From Craspedostauros australis (Eukaryota), in assembly GCA_030167865.1 (NCBI GenBank), contig JALAGF010003399.1, positions 1 through 36,454 on the forward strand: DNA of 36,454 bases. Direction: 5' to 3'. Both the position numbers and the translations under genes were made by a program. Shown piece by piece: positions 10,399 to 23,353 of this stretch (position 1 is the first letter of the stretch; every line of letters begins with the position of its first letter). The notes beneath the pieces were generated by a model, which was not told the DNA's origin, made no database searches, and saw nothing but the letters and a program-made list of their open reading frames with translations.

Positions 10399-12587
10399 AT
10401 GGAAGATCCGATGACAGCCTCCGACGCGTCCCTCGCAGGAACAGGTTCCATCGCCACATCGACGCAGCCGCAGATGGTGCAGGTTCTGTGCTGCATGTGC
10501 GGGATCACCATCTCGCCCAACCCCTCCAGCACCTGCGCCACGTGCCTCGCGACGTCGTCCGACATCACGCGTGGCATCGGAACGCAGGCCATGCTGCATC
10601 AGTGCCGCGGTTGCCAGCGTTGGCACAAGGAGGCCGGCAAGTGGATCGCCTGCGAATTGGAGAGCCGCGAGCTCATGGCGCTGTGCCTCAGCAACGTCAG
10701 CGGACTCAAGGGGTCCAAGAACAGCGGACACCGCGTGCGATTGATCGACGCCAGCTGGATCTGGACCGAACCGCACTCCATGCGACTCAAGGTCCGCCTC
10801 ACGGTGCAGAAGGAGGTGCAGCAGGGCACCATCCTGCAGCAGGCCTTCACGGTCGTCTTCGTCGTCAGGAATCAGCAGTGCTTGGAATGCCAGGCCGAGT
10901 TCCGCCAGGGTTCCTGGAAGTCCTTGGTGCAAGTTCGTCAGCGCGTCAGTCACAAGCGCACCTTCCTCTATCTGGAGCAGCTCATTCTCAAGCACGGTGC
11001 GCATCGCGGATGCTTGAGCATCGAAACGTTCCGCGATGGTATGGATTTCTACTTTCCTGACAAGGGCAAGGCAGCGCGTTTCATTTCATTTTTGGAGAGC
11101 GTGGTGCCAATGAAGGTGGGTACATGCTTTTTCTGTTGGACAGTGTCAAAATGGACAAGTATAGAGTAGTACATACTCTACACTTGTTCATCATGTGCAT
11201 GATGCTCATACTCAAGTATGATATCTGATGTCGCTCATTTGATGTCAGCTGGACCCGATGCGTTTGGATGCATGTGAAGTGACTCGTCATCAAGAGAGGA
11301 CAGCTGCCAATGCATCCGCCATGTGTTTCACAGCATCAACATCAAGTACTCACCCTGAACCTATACACAACACTTCAATACTCTTCTGGATCTGGCGAAT
11401 CACGTCTACCGTCCTCGTACATACCATCTCGCTCACGAACATGCACACAGGTCAAAACATCCAAAAAGCTGATTGGCACAGACATCCGATCCAATATTTC
11501 GAACTTCAAATACACCAACCTCGTCGAGATCTGCCCGCTTTGTAAGGACGACCTCATGTACCTCCCCTCCAGAACGGCACGAAACCTGGGCAATATCTCC
11601 CGCCTGGTCTTGGTCAAGAACATCTCCAACCTCATCCACTTCATCGATCCGCTCTCCGGACAGACAGCATCCATGACTTCCGAAGCCTACTGGCGAGACC
11701 CGCTGCGCCCCATCATCACTGCGGCACGATCGCGCATGGACCGGTTCATGGTGCTCGGCAAGGAGGCCGTCGTCGTGGAGCGCAACGTCTCCAAGCGTTC
11801 CGCCAGTCGCAAGCAGCGCAACCGGTTGGCCACCATCACTGTGGCACGCGAGGACAATCTCGGCATCAACGACACGCAAGTCGAAGAACGATCGCATGTG
11901 GGATACCTCATGAAATCGGGCGACATCTGCGTGGGATACGATCTCAACGAAACCCAATTCGTCGATGACGATGCCGAAGATCAGAGAGCGGCCGGCAAGA
12001 TGCCCGACGCCATCATGATCCGCAAGCTGTACGGCGGGGTGGCGACGGAGGAAGTCAACGCATCGAAGATGAGGATATGGAAATTGCAGCGTCTCGACGT
12101 TGAGGTTGCAGAGAGCATGAAGAGCGCCAGAGCTGCCAAGAACGAAGCGGAGGCCGATGACATGGACGAAGAGGACTTCTTGCAAGAAGTCGAGGCTGAC
12201 CGCGAAATGAGAAACCGAATGAATCTGTACAAGAGCCAAGCACTCAAGAAGAAGAAATCGGCTGAAGATGGCGAGGATGCAGAAATGGACGATAACGACG
12301 ACAATGACGACAATGACGATGGTGAAGGCAACGATGACCAGGAGGTCAAGCTGGACGAACTCCTGGACGGCCTCGTGCTGGATTCCAAGCCGGATGCGGA
12401 GGACATGGACGCCACGAACGGCCTCAGCGGCGATTTCATTCCCTTGGATGAAGGTGAAAAGGCCGCCAAGGACGGCATCGCGTACCTGGGACGCGAAGAT
12501 GCGCGCAACTTGAAGGACAAGGATGGCGCCGTCGCCACCAACTCGTTTGGAAAAGAGTATTCGCCAAAGGACTTTAAATTTGTGTAG
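10399..12587 (+). CDS. NMD3: 60S ribosomal export adaptor NMD3, 2 exons
   Basis: Exons 10399-11115 and 11451-12587 (intron GTGGGT..ACAG, phase 0). Motifs: CCMCG..CATCL, CRGC, LESRELMALCL, LIDASWIWTEPHSMRLKV, VQVRQRVSHKRTFLYLEQLILKH, VEICPLCKDDL, and acidic NES-like LDELLDGL. Confidence 0.96.
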
Positions 12588-12768
12588 ACGAACGTAATTG
12601 GAGAATTACTATTAGAAGACTCTACTCTATTTTGGGTTATCGAGAGTGTGGTCGCTGGTGCGCGCACGTACGTTGTTACGACGGACCGATAGACTGCACT
12701 GGGCTGTAACAGTTGGTACGAGTCCGGTTGCGACTGGTACTCAGCTTTTGTGTAGTGCTGCCACATCA

Positions 12769-14687
12769 TCACGCAACGTCTTGAAGTAGCTTCTTGACGC
12801 TGAAGAATGTTCCGACCGTGCCAACGACACCACCGATGGCAAGCACAAACATCGCCAGGTGACTGTAACCCTCCAGACGGAACGAGATGATGGATGGCAG
12901 CACGAAGGCGATCATCGTTCCGGACGCGCATCCCACCAAATCCAGAATATCGCCGAGGCTGGGAGATGCGATCGCGAGCATGGTCGTGACGAACCACAGT
13001 TTGGCCGTCAGAGCGATGTGACCAACGAGCTGGAGCTGCCGTTCGTCGTCTGGCAATAGCCATTTGGTGGGCGCTGCACTGGACAAGATAAGCCTCGATA
13101 ACGTCGTGGATAGCGAGATGTTGTCCGCATCTCTGTCATGATCCTGCGGCGGAACGATCAACGGTTCCTGCAGATCATCTGCGGCGAGCGCGTCCTCCGC
13201 AATGACATCGTTCTTGCAGAAGGGATGGATGAAGATGATGATAAGGAGTTCCCGGCACGTGAAGAATGGGAGTGGGAAGGTGAAGAGCATGGTGACGCAG
13301 AGCAAGAGCTTGGCGAGATTGATCATCCATGACTCGGGATAGATGGCGAAGATGTCGGACTCCGTCTTGTCCCAGAACGTCATGTAAACGAATATGCCAA
13401 CCGACAAGGACACGGCCGATGCTATGCTGACCGCTGTGGACGAGACAATCTTCCAGTTGGAGACGCTGCGGATGGTGGGTCGCAAGGATCCGTACACCAG
13501 GTGCACGGTATGCTGTGACACGAAGGTGAACACGAACGTTCCCAAGCTGCAATTGACATCGGTCGATTCGAGGACGTGACGAAGGGTTGGTGAAGTTGTG
13601 CCGCAACGATGCAACAATGAATTGCGACATTGTATTGATTGCATCACAGCATCGTGTGCAGAGTATCGTAGCATAGAGTGGAGTGAAGAAGAATAGAGAG
13701 AGGTAGACGAATGGTGTGAGAAATGCATTCTGCACGACAGCGCATGATGGCGTGGCGTCAAATAATCCATGATCAGCATCACAACATGCTCCCCGAATCA
13801 ATGGAACTGTGACCCACAGCGATATCATACAGCACCATGGAAGATGTGTAGTATAGCATGCAAACTGCAAGTCCGTACCTCTCCACAACACCAGGCTTGA
13901 TCTCGAACCACTTCTCGTAGACCGAACCGCCATCTTGATGCAGTTCCGGATGCGCGAAGAATATGTAAATGACGATGCCAACTATGGCGATCATGGAAAT
14001 AACGCTGAGCATGGAGAGATGCGACAGCGGTGTCATATCCCGCAAGAGACACAGCGGCAGGATGATGGTCGCGCTGAGGATCCATGTCGTCCAGTCGTTG
14101 TCTCGCAGAACTTCATGAATGACATGCACGAAGCCATCTTCTGTGGTGGCGTGGTGTCCAAACATGAGACTGCGTAGCGCTGGCGCGAAGTTGTCCTTGA
14201 CGACGATGATGTAGGCCACCAGACAACCGAAGGAATAGAGGAACTTGCAGGCCAGCACGAGCAACCGACCCGTGGAGCCCAACCCGACCTTGGCCAGATC
14301 TTCGTAAGATCCGTGCGCTCCTTCCGTCTCGACCGACAGCCGTATGACCATGTCCAACGATACCTTGGTGAGCACACCGAAGAACAGTATGAGAAAGATC
14401 GAGACCACGCCGCCCGACACGGCGATCGCCCCGCCCAGCCCGATGCAGCCGGCACCGATGATGCTGTTGGTGAAGTTGAAGATGGCGCCCGGCAGGCTGG
14501 ATCCGCGGTCCGGCAGCTCGATGATGGTGGATGTGGAGCGCGCTAGCGGTGATTCAGCGTCATCCACCCGATCGTCTTCGTACGCGTACATGCCGTCGCC
14601 TTCGGAAGCGACGCTGTCCAGCACATCGTCGGCGTGATCGTGGCGCATGAACCTGGAGTCCACCGCATCGGAGTCAACTGATTGCAT
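12769..14687 (-). CDS. Amino acid transporter, AAAP/SLC38 family (SLC38A11-like), 2 exons
   Basis: Exons 14687-13879 and 13546-12769 (phase-2 intron GTACGG..GCAG). Motifs FNFTNSIIGAGCIGL, SYEDLA, ILPLCLLRDM, FTFVSQH and LVGCASGTMIAFVLP, with multiple TM helices. Confidence 0.92.
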
Positions 14688-15316
14688 GGTATGGCGCGAG
14701 TGCAGAATGATAACACAATGGTTGATGGGATCTATCAAAGTGCACCCTCTATTCGCTACTTGTGGTTGTGATTGTGATTGTGGTTGTGGTTGCAAGTGTA
14801 GCTAATACTTGTACTAGCCGTATACCAGCATCAGACGTCTTTGTGTTTGGGAGGAATGAGAAAGACGCGGGAGGCGCAAGAAGTGCACTTCGGAACACGT
14901 TGTCAGAGACGGTGGACGGAGAACGAAGGCGGGAAAGCCGTCACAAGAAGAAGAAAGAACGAAAGAAGGCACTCCAACGAATTGTGTCTCTCGTTCTCGA
15001 GTCGTGCTTTCGTGATTCGAGTCACCAATGTCGGAACGAAGGAACACAACCACGGTAACAACAAGGGAGAATCGGCCTCTCCAACAGCACCACAGAGAGA
15101 CACGGAGAAAACCAAAATGGCGAAAGGCAACGGACACTTGCTGTTGCGTCCCTCTCCTCTCTCTTGAATCAAACTTAATCAAAGTTGAATCAAACGCTGA
15201 ATCAAGGCTGACCCAAGAAAGGAGGAGAGGCAATCCAATCGAATCCAAACCAAACCAAACCAAACCAACACAAGGCAAGGCAAGACATCAGAGATCGGCA
15301 AGCAACAATCACAACC

Positions 15317-16881
15317 ATGTCAGGATTTTACGGCCAGCAAGCTCCGGGAGCAAGCACAGGCGGCGGCAACAGCGGCTTCTACGGCTCCAGCAATGCCTTC
15401 GGACAGCAGCAGCAGCAACAGCAGCCATCCAACAACGGCGGCAACACCAATGCCTACGGATTCGGACAGCAGCAGCAACAAGCATCATCTCAGCAGCAGC
15501 AGCAGCAACCAGCCTTCCAGCAATGGCAGGCGCCGGCTCCGGCAGCCCAGTACAATGCGCAGCAGCAAAGGCAATCCCAGGGTCATGCCTACACGAACCA
15601 GCAGCAACAGATCCTGCAGCAACAGCAGCAGACGCCAGCGCCCTTCTGGAATCCAAACATGACCGCGGCAGTTGTCGGCGTCGCCGCGCAGGCGGCCTCG
15701 GGCAAGATCTCCAACGACGCCGTGCTGGATTGGGCCATGCAGGGCGGAGCTGCGGCCTGGAAATCCGGTGGGGCCAGCATGATTCCTGGCTTTGACCGCA
15801 GCATGATCACTCTGCGCACGTACTTTGCCGTCGACAACAACTACGTCGTCGCCAAGATGAAGAAGGTGCTATTTCCCTTCCAATCGACCGAGTGGAGGCG
15901 TATTGTAAGTGGATACAATCACGATGGCGTCGATGTTGGGTTGCGTCATGCGAAGGCAACTTGCGGAATCCTATGTGTAGCCGACCGAAGTGCCTGGGTT
16001 CATTGGTCGTCACTCTATTGCACTGTATTGCATTGCACTGTACATCTCTGCTTCATTGATTGCATTGATTGCATTGCGTTACATTGCGTTACATTGCTTC
16101 GGTTGATCAATAATCTCACATTTCAATCGCGTTGCTTCAATTCCCCATGCTGGACGTACGTGGACCATTGTTGGACCATACCTGGCATGATTGATGTCTA
16201 TGGTGATGTGATGGTTGGCGTTACTGTTATCGATGCCATCACTATCAATGGCATCGTCTTTGTTGCCTTGGCTGTGGAAATGAGGCCATCCAATCCTTGA
16301 ATTCATCCGTTCACACAATTCTATTTGCACAATCGTCGACGCCTCAGGAAAATGAATCCGTGGGAGGACCAGACACGATCGTCTACATGCTCCCTCACTC
16401 CGATGAGAATGCTCCAGACTTGTACATCCCATCAATGAGCCTGATTTCCTACTGCCTCCTCTGCGCTTTGTGTTACGGGACGTCTGGCCAGTTCGATCCG
16501 GAGGTCATCCCCGACGTCACCACCAATTGCTTCATCGTCCAAGTGCTCGAGGTCATCGCAATCCGCGTTGGTCTCTACATGATGCAGGTCACGCTGCCCA
16601 TCCTGGATCTCTTCAGCTACACTGGATACAAGTACCTGGGCCTTTGCATCAACATGTTCATCGGCCTCATCACGGGGCATCTCGGATACGGCACGACCGG
16701 CTTCTACGTCACCTTCCTCTTCACGGCGTCCGCAGCATCCTACTTCATGCTCAAGACCATGGCCAACAACACCCCCACCAACGTATCGGCGACGGGTCCC
16801 AAGCGAGAGATCATGGTGCTCGCTTTTGCTGGTTCGCAGGCTGTCACCATGTGGCTCGTGAGCCAGACCAAGTTCTTGTAG
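15317..16881 (+). CDS. YIF1: ER-Golgi transport protein YIF1, 2 exons
   Basis: Exons 15317-15904 and 16348-16881 (intron GTAAGT..TCAG, phase 0). Motifs LRTYFAVDNNYVVAKMKKVLFPF, DENAPDLYIPSMS, FDPE and LDLFSYTGYKY. Q/G/N-rich N-terminus. Confidence 0.93.
16017..16096. repeat. Degenerate CATTG-type microsatellite in YIF1 intron
   Basis: Repeated (c/t)attg / cattgc units read directly. Confidence 0.6.
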
Positions 16882-16990
16882 AATATAGTAGAATAGTTTG
16901 GTATGCACCATGCGAGTACGAAGTCATCGTAGTCGTACGAGTGCGTAATGCAATAGCAGTGAAGGTCAATCACCCGATATAGTAGTCTCA

Positions 16991-17008
16991 CTCTCTCTCT
17001 CTCTCTCT
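16991..17008. repeat. (CT)9 microsatellite
   Basis: Read directly. Confidence 0.9.
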
Positions 17009-18002
17009 GGAGAGTAGTGCTGATGCGAAGTGTACCATGCTGTCTCTCTCATGAACTCGTTGGTCGTGATCCCAATTTCCGCACTCCTCTCTAGTTTCGA
17101 TGGTGATACTACAAGACGCGAAAGCGATTTGGTGTGACTTGCGCCCAATTTTTGGGCAGAGAACGACGTACAGACGACGCAGTTTCCCGGTTTTTACCTC
17201 TTTACTAACGCACACAGGCAGCAGACTCCTCCGACCAATGTGCCTCGAAATGGGTGTCGCGAGCGGTTGGGCGCGGTTGTGTTGGTGGGTGTCGCTGTTC
17301 TGGAGGTGTCGGATTAGACCTCCTCCAAGAGCAACACCAAGACGGAACAAACAACCAAGCGAGGTGTGTGTCTTGACGATGATGACGGCCATGACGAGGC
17401 CTCTATGGATGGAAGGATGCTTGTGAAAGAGACGATGGTGTGAATTGATTCGGGAGATACGATGCCATCGGAATTCGTTTGGCAGATGGACGAACCACAA
17501 CGGGAGAGCGGAGTTCCATCACGGCGATATCCGCGCTACGCTCGTATCGTGTATTTGCGTGAACATCGACGCCAAGCAATCATGGCCAAGATGACGCAAT
17601 GCGGTCGCTGCACGTCAGATAGCGTTGCGACAGTGCGCATGCATTCAACGAACGCCTGTGGATGCGACAAGCACGAGGATGCGGTCATGAAAGCCAACAG
17701 CATGATTGGGTTGACATGCGCAACTGCCACGCGCAACGCAGCAGCACAAAGCCATCTCCAACCTCAAGCAATATCTCACACTAATCCGCTTCCACTGCGT
17801 TCCACTCTCACCTCCTATTCACGAACTACGCGTATTCGTCGCACGCAATTGGTATCGTGAACATTGACGAAACAACTGACGCAAACCACGCCTCGACGCA
17901 ACATGCACACAACATTGAACACCACACGCTCTGCAACCACAGTCAATTGACGCTATCCATTTTGACCTTTCGTAGTAGTATCCACAAAAGCAACCAGACA
18001 AG

Positions 18003-18581
18003 ATGGGAATTGATTTGAAGGCAGGCGGACGCCGCATCGGGCACAAGAGCTCGATGAAGGTGGTCAAGACCAAGAATCCATACAACCGTCTCTTGATCAA
18101 GCTGTACAAGTTCCTCTCCCGCAGAACTGATTCCAAGTTCTGCGCGACCGTCTTGAAGCGTCTGCACATGAGCAAGCTCAACCAGCCACCGATCGGCCTG
18201 AACCGCCTCTCAAAGTACATGACCAACAAGGACGGCAAGACCGCCGTCATCGTCGGCAAGGTGACCGATGATGTCAGAATGTTGGAGTGCCCAAAGCTCT
18301 CCGTCTGTGCCCTTGGCTTCACTGAGAATGCACGAAAGCGCATCCTCGCAGCCGGAGGAGAATGCCTGACCTTCGATCAACTCGCCCTTCGCGCACCAAA
18401 GGGATCCAATACTGTCCTCCTCCGCGGACCAAAGTCCCGCGAAGCCCTTGCCCACTTCGGTCACAGCACAAGTGTCAACAACCCACACACTCACGACGGT
18501 GTCAAGCCATACGTACGAAGCAACGGACGCAAATTCGAACGCGCCCGTGGTCGCCGTCGTTCCAGGGGTTTCAAGGTGTAA
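18003..18581 (+). CDS. RPL18: 60S ribosomal protein eL18
   Basis: [54 protein letters not shown] and [25 protein letters not shown]. Intronless. Confidence 0.98.
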   Translation: MGIDLKAGGRRIGHKSSMKVVKTKNPYNRLLIKLYKFLSRRTDSKFCATVLKRLHMSKLNQPPIGLNRLSKYMTNKDGKTAVIVGKVTDDVRMLECPKLSVCALGFTENARKRILAAGGECLTFDQLALRAPKGSNTVLLRGPKSREALAHFGHSTSVNNPHTHDGVKPYVRSNGRKFERARGRRRSRGFKV

Positions 18582-19007
18582 ACAAATTATTAGATTCCAA
18601 GAAATACCTGACGACCTGCACACAGAGTGCTTTTGTCTTCGCTCACTTCCATGTTTGTGGTTGTCGGCATGGAGTGAATGAGCTTTGGGCATTTGATGAA
18701 TGTTGCGACGATGTCTTGGTGTCAAGTTTCCAACTTCCATTGATCGGCAATTGTTTCGTGTCGCAAATACGCAACAAGACCAAAACAACGATCCGAAGCA
18801 AAGGACACACAATCTGCAGCCACCACACGACGAACGCAAAACAAACATCCTGGACTCTGCACGCCACCTGCCATCGTATTCCACAAACCAAGGCTTTCTC
18901 TTCTTCCGTGCTCACCCCACCGAAACCAGTGAAAGCAACTGCAACAGCAACAGCAATAACAGTACAAGGCAAAGCAAACGACAGTTCTGCACAGAACAAC
19001 AGAGACA

Positions 19008-20638
19008 ATGTCGGCAGAACACAGAAGTCTCGCGCGGCTCCCTTTGGAGATCTTCACTGATCTGATCACGAGGGAAATGGATGCGCCGTTGCCACCGCAC
19101 CAACTACGGTCGGATATTGCGCTCAAATTCAAGAAACCATGCTTGAAGAAGTTCCGCGGAAGTAGAAGCAGCAACAACGGAGGAAATCAAAACATGATGG
19201 AACCCATCGCGACGGTCGGGGATTTGCTGAAGTTATCACGGAAGGTGATCATGGTCATCCTCGATCCCATCCTGACGTACAGTGAGTTGAGCGCTACGTA
19301 TAATACGGTCGGATCATGGCATCTCATTGACACGGAAACATGCGGCGATCATATGTAGTCTTACAATCTCTGCTTTGCTCTACTCTGCTCTGCACAACGC
19401 TACAACTCTCTCGATCTTCTGTTTTTCTTCTTCTTTTGACAATGTTCGTTCACTGTACCTTCGAATGATCGGGTGGCACTGCCATCGCCTCCATCATTCT
19501 ATCCATCGACGATCTATTGACGATCTATTGACGATCTGTTGACGGACACTTTATTTCAGACGAGTGCCAGGAATTGACGGATCGGATTTGCAGACACTGC
19601 ACACCACTTCCGCAAACTGTCTTGTCCATGCTGCGCGTACCTTCTTCCCAACTTGCTTGTATTGGAAGTACTTCCAGCATTTCGGACACTGCACCAACGA
19701 TAGGCACGGCACAACTCAAACCCAGCGCAAGGTTCTTGCCAAGCGGCGTGCTGTCATTGGATGATGCATTGAAAGGCGGCGTGCAAATAGGCAACATCAC
19801 CGAAGTCATTGGACGAGCAGGATCGGGAAAGACGCAACTCGGCCTCCAGCTCTGCACGATGGTGGCAGGACTCGGCCAGGGAAGCATCTACATCGACACG
19901 GAGGCAAAGATCAGTTTGCAACGTCTGAAGGAGATTAGCCATCACCGACAAAGGAACTTCAACGATGCGGCAAGCGCATCCCCTGAATCTGCATCTGCGT
20001 GCAAGTACAAATCGCCGGACGTCGTGCTGAACAATCTGACGGTCCACACACCCACCAGCACCAACGAATTGCTATCGCTGTTGCAAAGTACGGAGGAGGA
20101 GATTTTGAAGCGCAACCAGATGGCGGCTGACAGCACAACTTCAGACAGGTACCCTGTTCGATTGCTCGTCCTCGATAGCATCGCGGCGCCGACGAAGCGA
20201 GACTTTGGGTCCGATTGCGCTCCGCAACGCGCCGCCGCGGTCTTCAAATGTGCCCAGATGCTGAAGACTCTTGCCGACCAGTTCGACCTGGCCATCGTCG
20301 TCATCAACCAGGTTGGATTGGACGCCAACGCGTCCACCACATCAGATTTCGACGGAGAGGTAGCAGTCCGCGCAGCACTGGGAACATCTTGGCATCACTG
20401 CGTGACGACCCGCATCCTTCTATCGCATGATTCTGATCCGAATAAGGTCCAAGACGAACATCACACCACCCTCATCCACGGAATCCAAATTCAAAGTAGT
20501 CGTCGACGCGTTTCCATCCTCAAAAGCAACGTCGCAGAACACAGCACAGTACAATGCAACATTGCCGATGCTGGGTTGGTTCATGCGGAGGCAGTGGCGA
20601 GGACGCAGTCGGGATCAGATGGAGACTCAGACGCGTAG
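19008..20638 (+). CDS. RAD51B: RAD51 paralog (RAD51B-like), 2 exons
   Basis: Exons 19008-19281 and 19560-20638 (phase-1 intron GTGAGT..TCAG gives ..LTYNECQELTDRIC). Motifs LDDALKGG, Walker A GRAGSGKTQ, IYIDTE, Walker B LLVLDS, VVINQV, and AALGTSWHHCVTTRI resembling RAD51B. The paralog class is less certain than the family. Confidence 0.82.
19508..19544. repeat. 11-bp tandem repeat (GACGATCTATT x3) at the 3' end of the RAD51B intron
   Basis: Copies at 19508, 19519 and 19530 (the last with one mismatch), plus a partial copy. Confidence 0.85.
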
Positions 20639-21535
20639 ACTATAGTATACAGCCAGATGCGCATTCGTTTCGAAACCAAGTGGATTGGCTTGGAAGTAGT
20701 GTGGTGTTACTCCGCGCGTGGAATGCTTGCGTTGCGATGCAACTTTTCTGCTCCCTCTAGTTTCTTTCGTAGCATGTAGTGATTGTCGAAAGTACTCACA
20801 TAGTCTCCGGTTCTGATGGGCGATTGTTGTTGTGTGGGGAAAGCGATGCTCGACCGGCGTGTTTGATCCAAACTAACATTAAAAGTATACAGCCTTGATA
20901 ATGCGTATTTATGAGAATCAACCAAACCAAAGACAAACAAATTGCTCGCGATGCCGCACTTGGTCAAACAAACAAGAAACAACGCACCAAAACGCCATCA
21001 TCTTCCATCCCATCGCCTAATCTCGCACACATCACCTGCCCTGTGACGACACCTGCAACCCTCTTGCGTCTCGCCTGACACTATCTCGCCCTGTCTCTTC
21101 CTGATACAGCATCCGGAACATTCTCATCATCGGCAGCATCCGCACCGTCGGCAGCATCCGCAACATCGGCATCACCTTCCATCCACTCTGAGAATATCCA
21201 GCGAGCCGCATCGGACGAACAAGTTGCCATTCCAATTCCAGACCCATCGAAGCAGGCCAGGTGAAGTTCATCGGAGGCCACGCAACACATCGATACAGAA
21301 CAAGAACAAGAACAAGAACGAAAGAGTCAGCAGAAGCTCGAAGACATTCGACACACCAGTTGTGAACAAGGTCACGAATCTGCTGAAGCGTCGGTTCGAA
21401 GTGGCCGTCAGAAACAGGCGAGACAACGCAACCAGCGAAAGTCGAGAAGAGCAGGAGGCGATCTGCAATCGTGGCGGTTGTCTCCTTGACTAATCAGGCA
21501 TCAGCTTGAGACGCAAACACAAACGCTACCACAAG

Positions 21536-22784
21536 ATGGACAACAACACAAGAGTCGACACTTCGTATCACCCACCGATGACGCCGAATAGCTACAGATC
21601 GGCAGGAGAAGGAGGCGGCAACGGCAACGGCAGGCAGACGAGCTTGAACAAGACCTTGCAAACGGAATACATCGATGTGGGGGACGACAGGCAGACAACG
21701 TACGCGTGGCTGACGAAGACCATAACGTCGTTCGTGGGGTCGTTCGTCTCGCCGAAGACCCTGCTGGGCGTCATGCGGATCCTCAAGGCCGTCACGCTGT
21801 GCTTCCTGGTCCTCAATATTGCGGCGGATCTGATGTACATCACATTCCTGCACATCCTGGCGACGCGTGACGTGCGACACCTTGTCGGCGGGAAACGCGA
21901 CATGATCATCCGGTTGTACGGCCTCGCTCTGGCAGCAATTGCGCTATGCATGGAGATGGACGTGCATGCCGTCGTGAAGCGATTCATCGGCCTCAAGGGC
22001 TTCATGCCACGAGGGGCACTGCTCTTCCTGATCTCCGCGATCACCGGATCTCATCCCATACAGGACAATCACATCACGTCACAAAACGACGACGTCATCA
22101 ACGACGATGAGTTTGCCAACGTGGATGCAGAGATTCCGCATTCCGCAGTGGCCTTCCAGATGATCACATCATTCATCCTGTAAGTTGTGAGATGGAGTGC
22201 ATTCCGTGGGGATGAACACGCACGTGTGTGTGTATTTTATTTGCATTGCGCCCAATGCTTGATTCGGGAATGGTGCAGAATGGACATGGTGGATCAAAAG
22301 GGGGAAAGCACGAGTAGAGTCGATGAGGTTATGAAAGAACTGGCGAAACGATGGGGAGACGAAAGAAAGCTTGCTACGTACGGCATGCTGCATGCAACAC
22401 GACATGTTCGATTCAATGACAGCCCGTCCTCATCTCTGATGTGCATCATTCCATTGTGCTATGTTCTGCTCTTGCCCTTGCCCTTGCTCAACTCTCATCT
22501 TTGCTTCTCTGTTCCTGCTCCTCTCCAACCAAATATTCGATTGAATATCGACACCTTTTGCCTGACGCCATACCATACCCAACAATCGAATGATTCGCGG
22601 ACCAAACTGAACTCGTCTACGCAAATGCAGTGGCGTCTGCGCAGTCACATATTTCGTCTCCGGAGTCTTGTGCCTTGACCGGCTGACATCGAGGGCCTTT
22701 GTATCAACAGATGATCCAATTGCAAGGACAGCAATTCCACTTCCAAGCGGAGTGCAAACGCCCAGCCACGAGCTGTCACTTTGA
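21536..22784 (+). CDS. COPI-associated / TVP15-like Golgi membrane protein, 2 exons
   Basis: Exons 21536-22179 and 22631-22784 (phase-2 intron GTAAGT..GCAG). About 4 TM segments, with IIRLYGLALAAIALCMEM..FIGLKGFMPRGALLFLIS. Exon 2 reads LGVCAVTYFVSGVLCLDRL...HELSL-stop. Confidence 0.75.
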
Positions 22785-23353
22785 AGTGTAAAACACCTCA
22801 TCTCATGTGAGTTCATCACATGTCACTTCACATCTCATCATCATGACATGCGCCTCCTTTCACCGTGCAGGTGGCAAGCTCCGTGCAGTGCGCAGGATGA
22901 TAGTCTATGGAGCCAAGAGTGCGACGGCATCTATTTTCTTACTGGGAGGGTACCATATTCCACTATAATTGTGAACATTAACCTTGTACTGACGCGGCAC
23001 TCCATACTGTTTCATGTACTGATCATAGCATGTATAATATGGTGTTGGCACACGCTGTTGTGTGGATTGTCTTCTTGTCATGTGGTCCATCGACTCCTCT
23101 TAGTTGTTGTGGAGCTTCTCGCTTCGTTACCGTTCCGCTCATTCGTTTTCTTTGGAAATGACGTTGTCGACATCAAATCTTTCGCGCCGAAGAGATCTTG
23201 CGTCTCCCAAAGACAACCAAAACAATCAATAGCAACAAAGGCAACAAGACCCATCACAACTCTCATCAGTCGTATAATACCATATGTAGTCCTCGCATAC
23301 CAGTCCAGCATCTGCCTTATCCATCACGCTGCTGCCATCTCTCTAATATTGGA

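Noticed and set aside
10152..13063. Overlapping long ORFs (10152-11060, 10345-11004, 11433-12239, 11981-13063)
   Set aside because: These are off-frame or antisense shadows of NMD3 and the transporter, expected with GC3-biased codons.
15317..15640. Gln/Gly/Asn-rich prion-like N-terminus of YIF1
   Set aside because: Low-complexity N-termini are usual in YIF1/YIP1 proteins, and CAG/CAA runs are common in this genome.
16988..17860. ORFs between YIF1 and RPL18
   Set aside because: They show no motifs or coding-like composition, so I treated them as intergenic.
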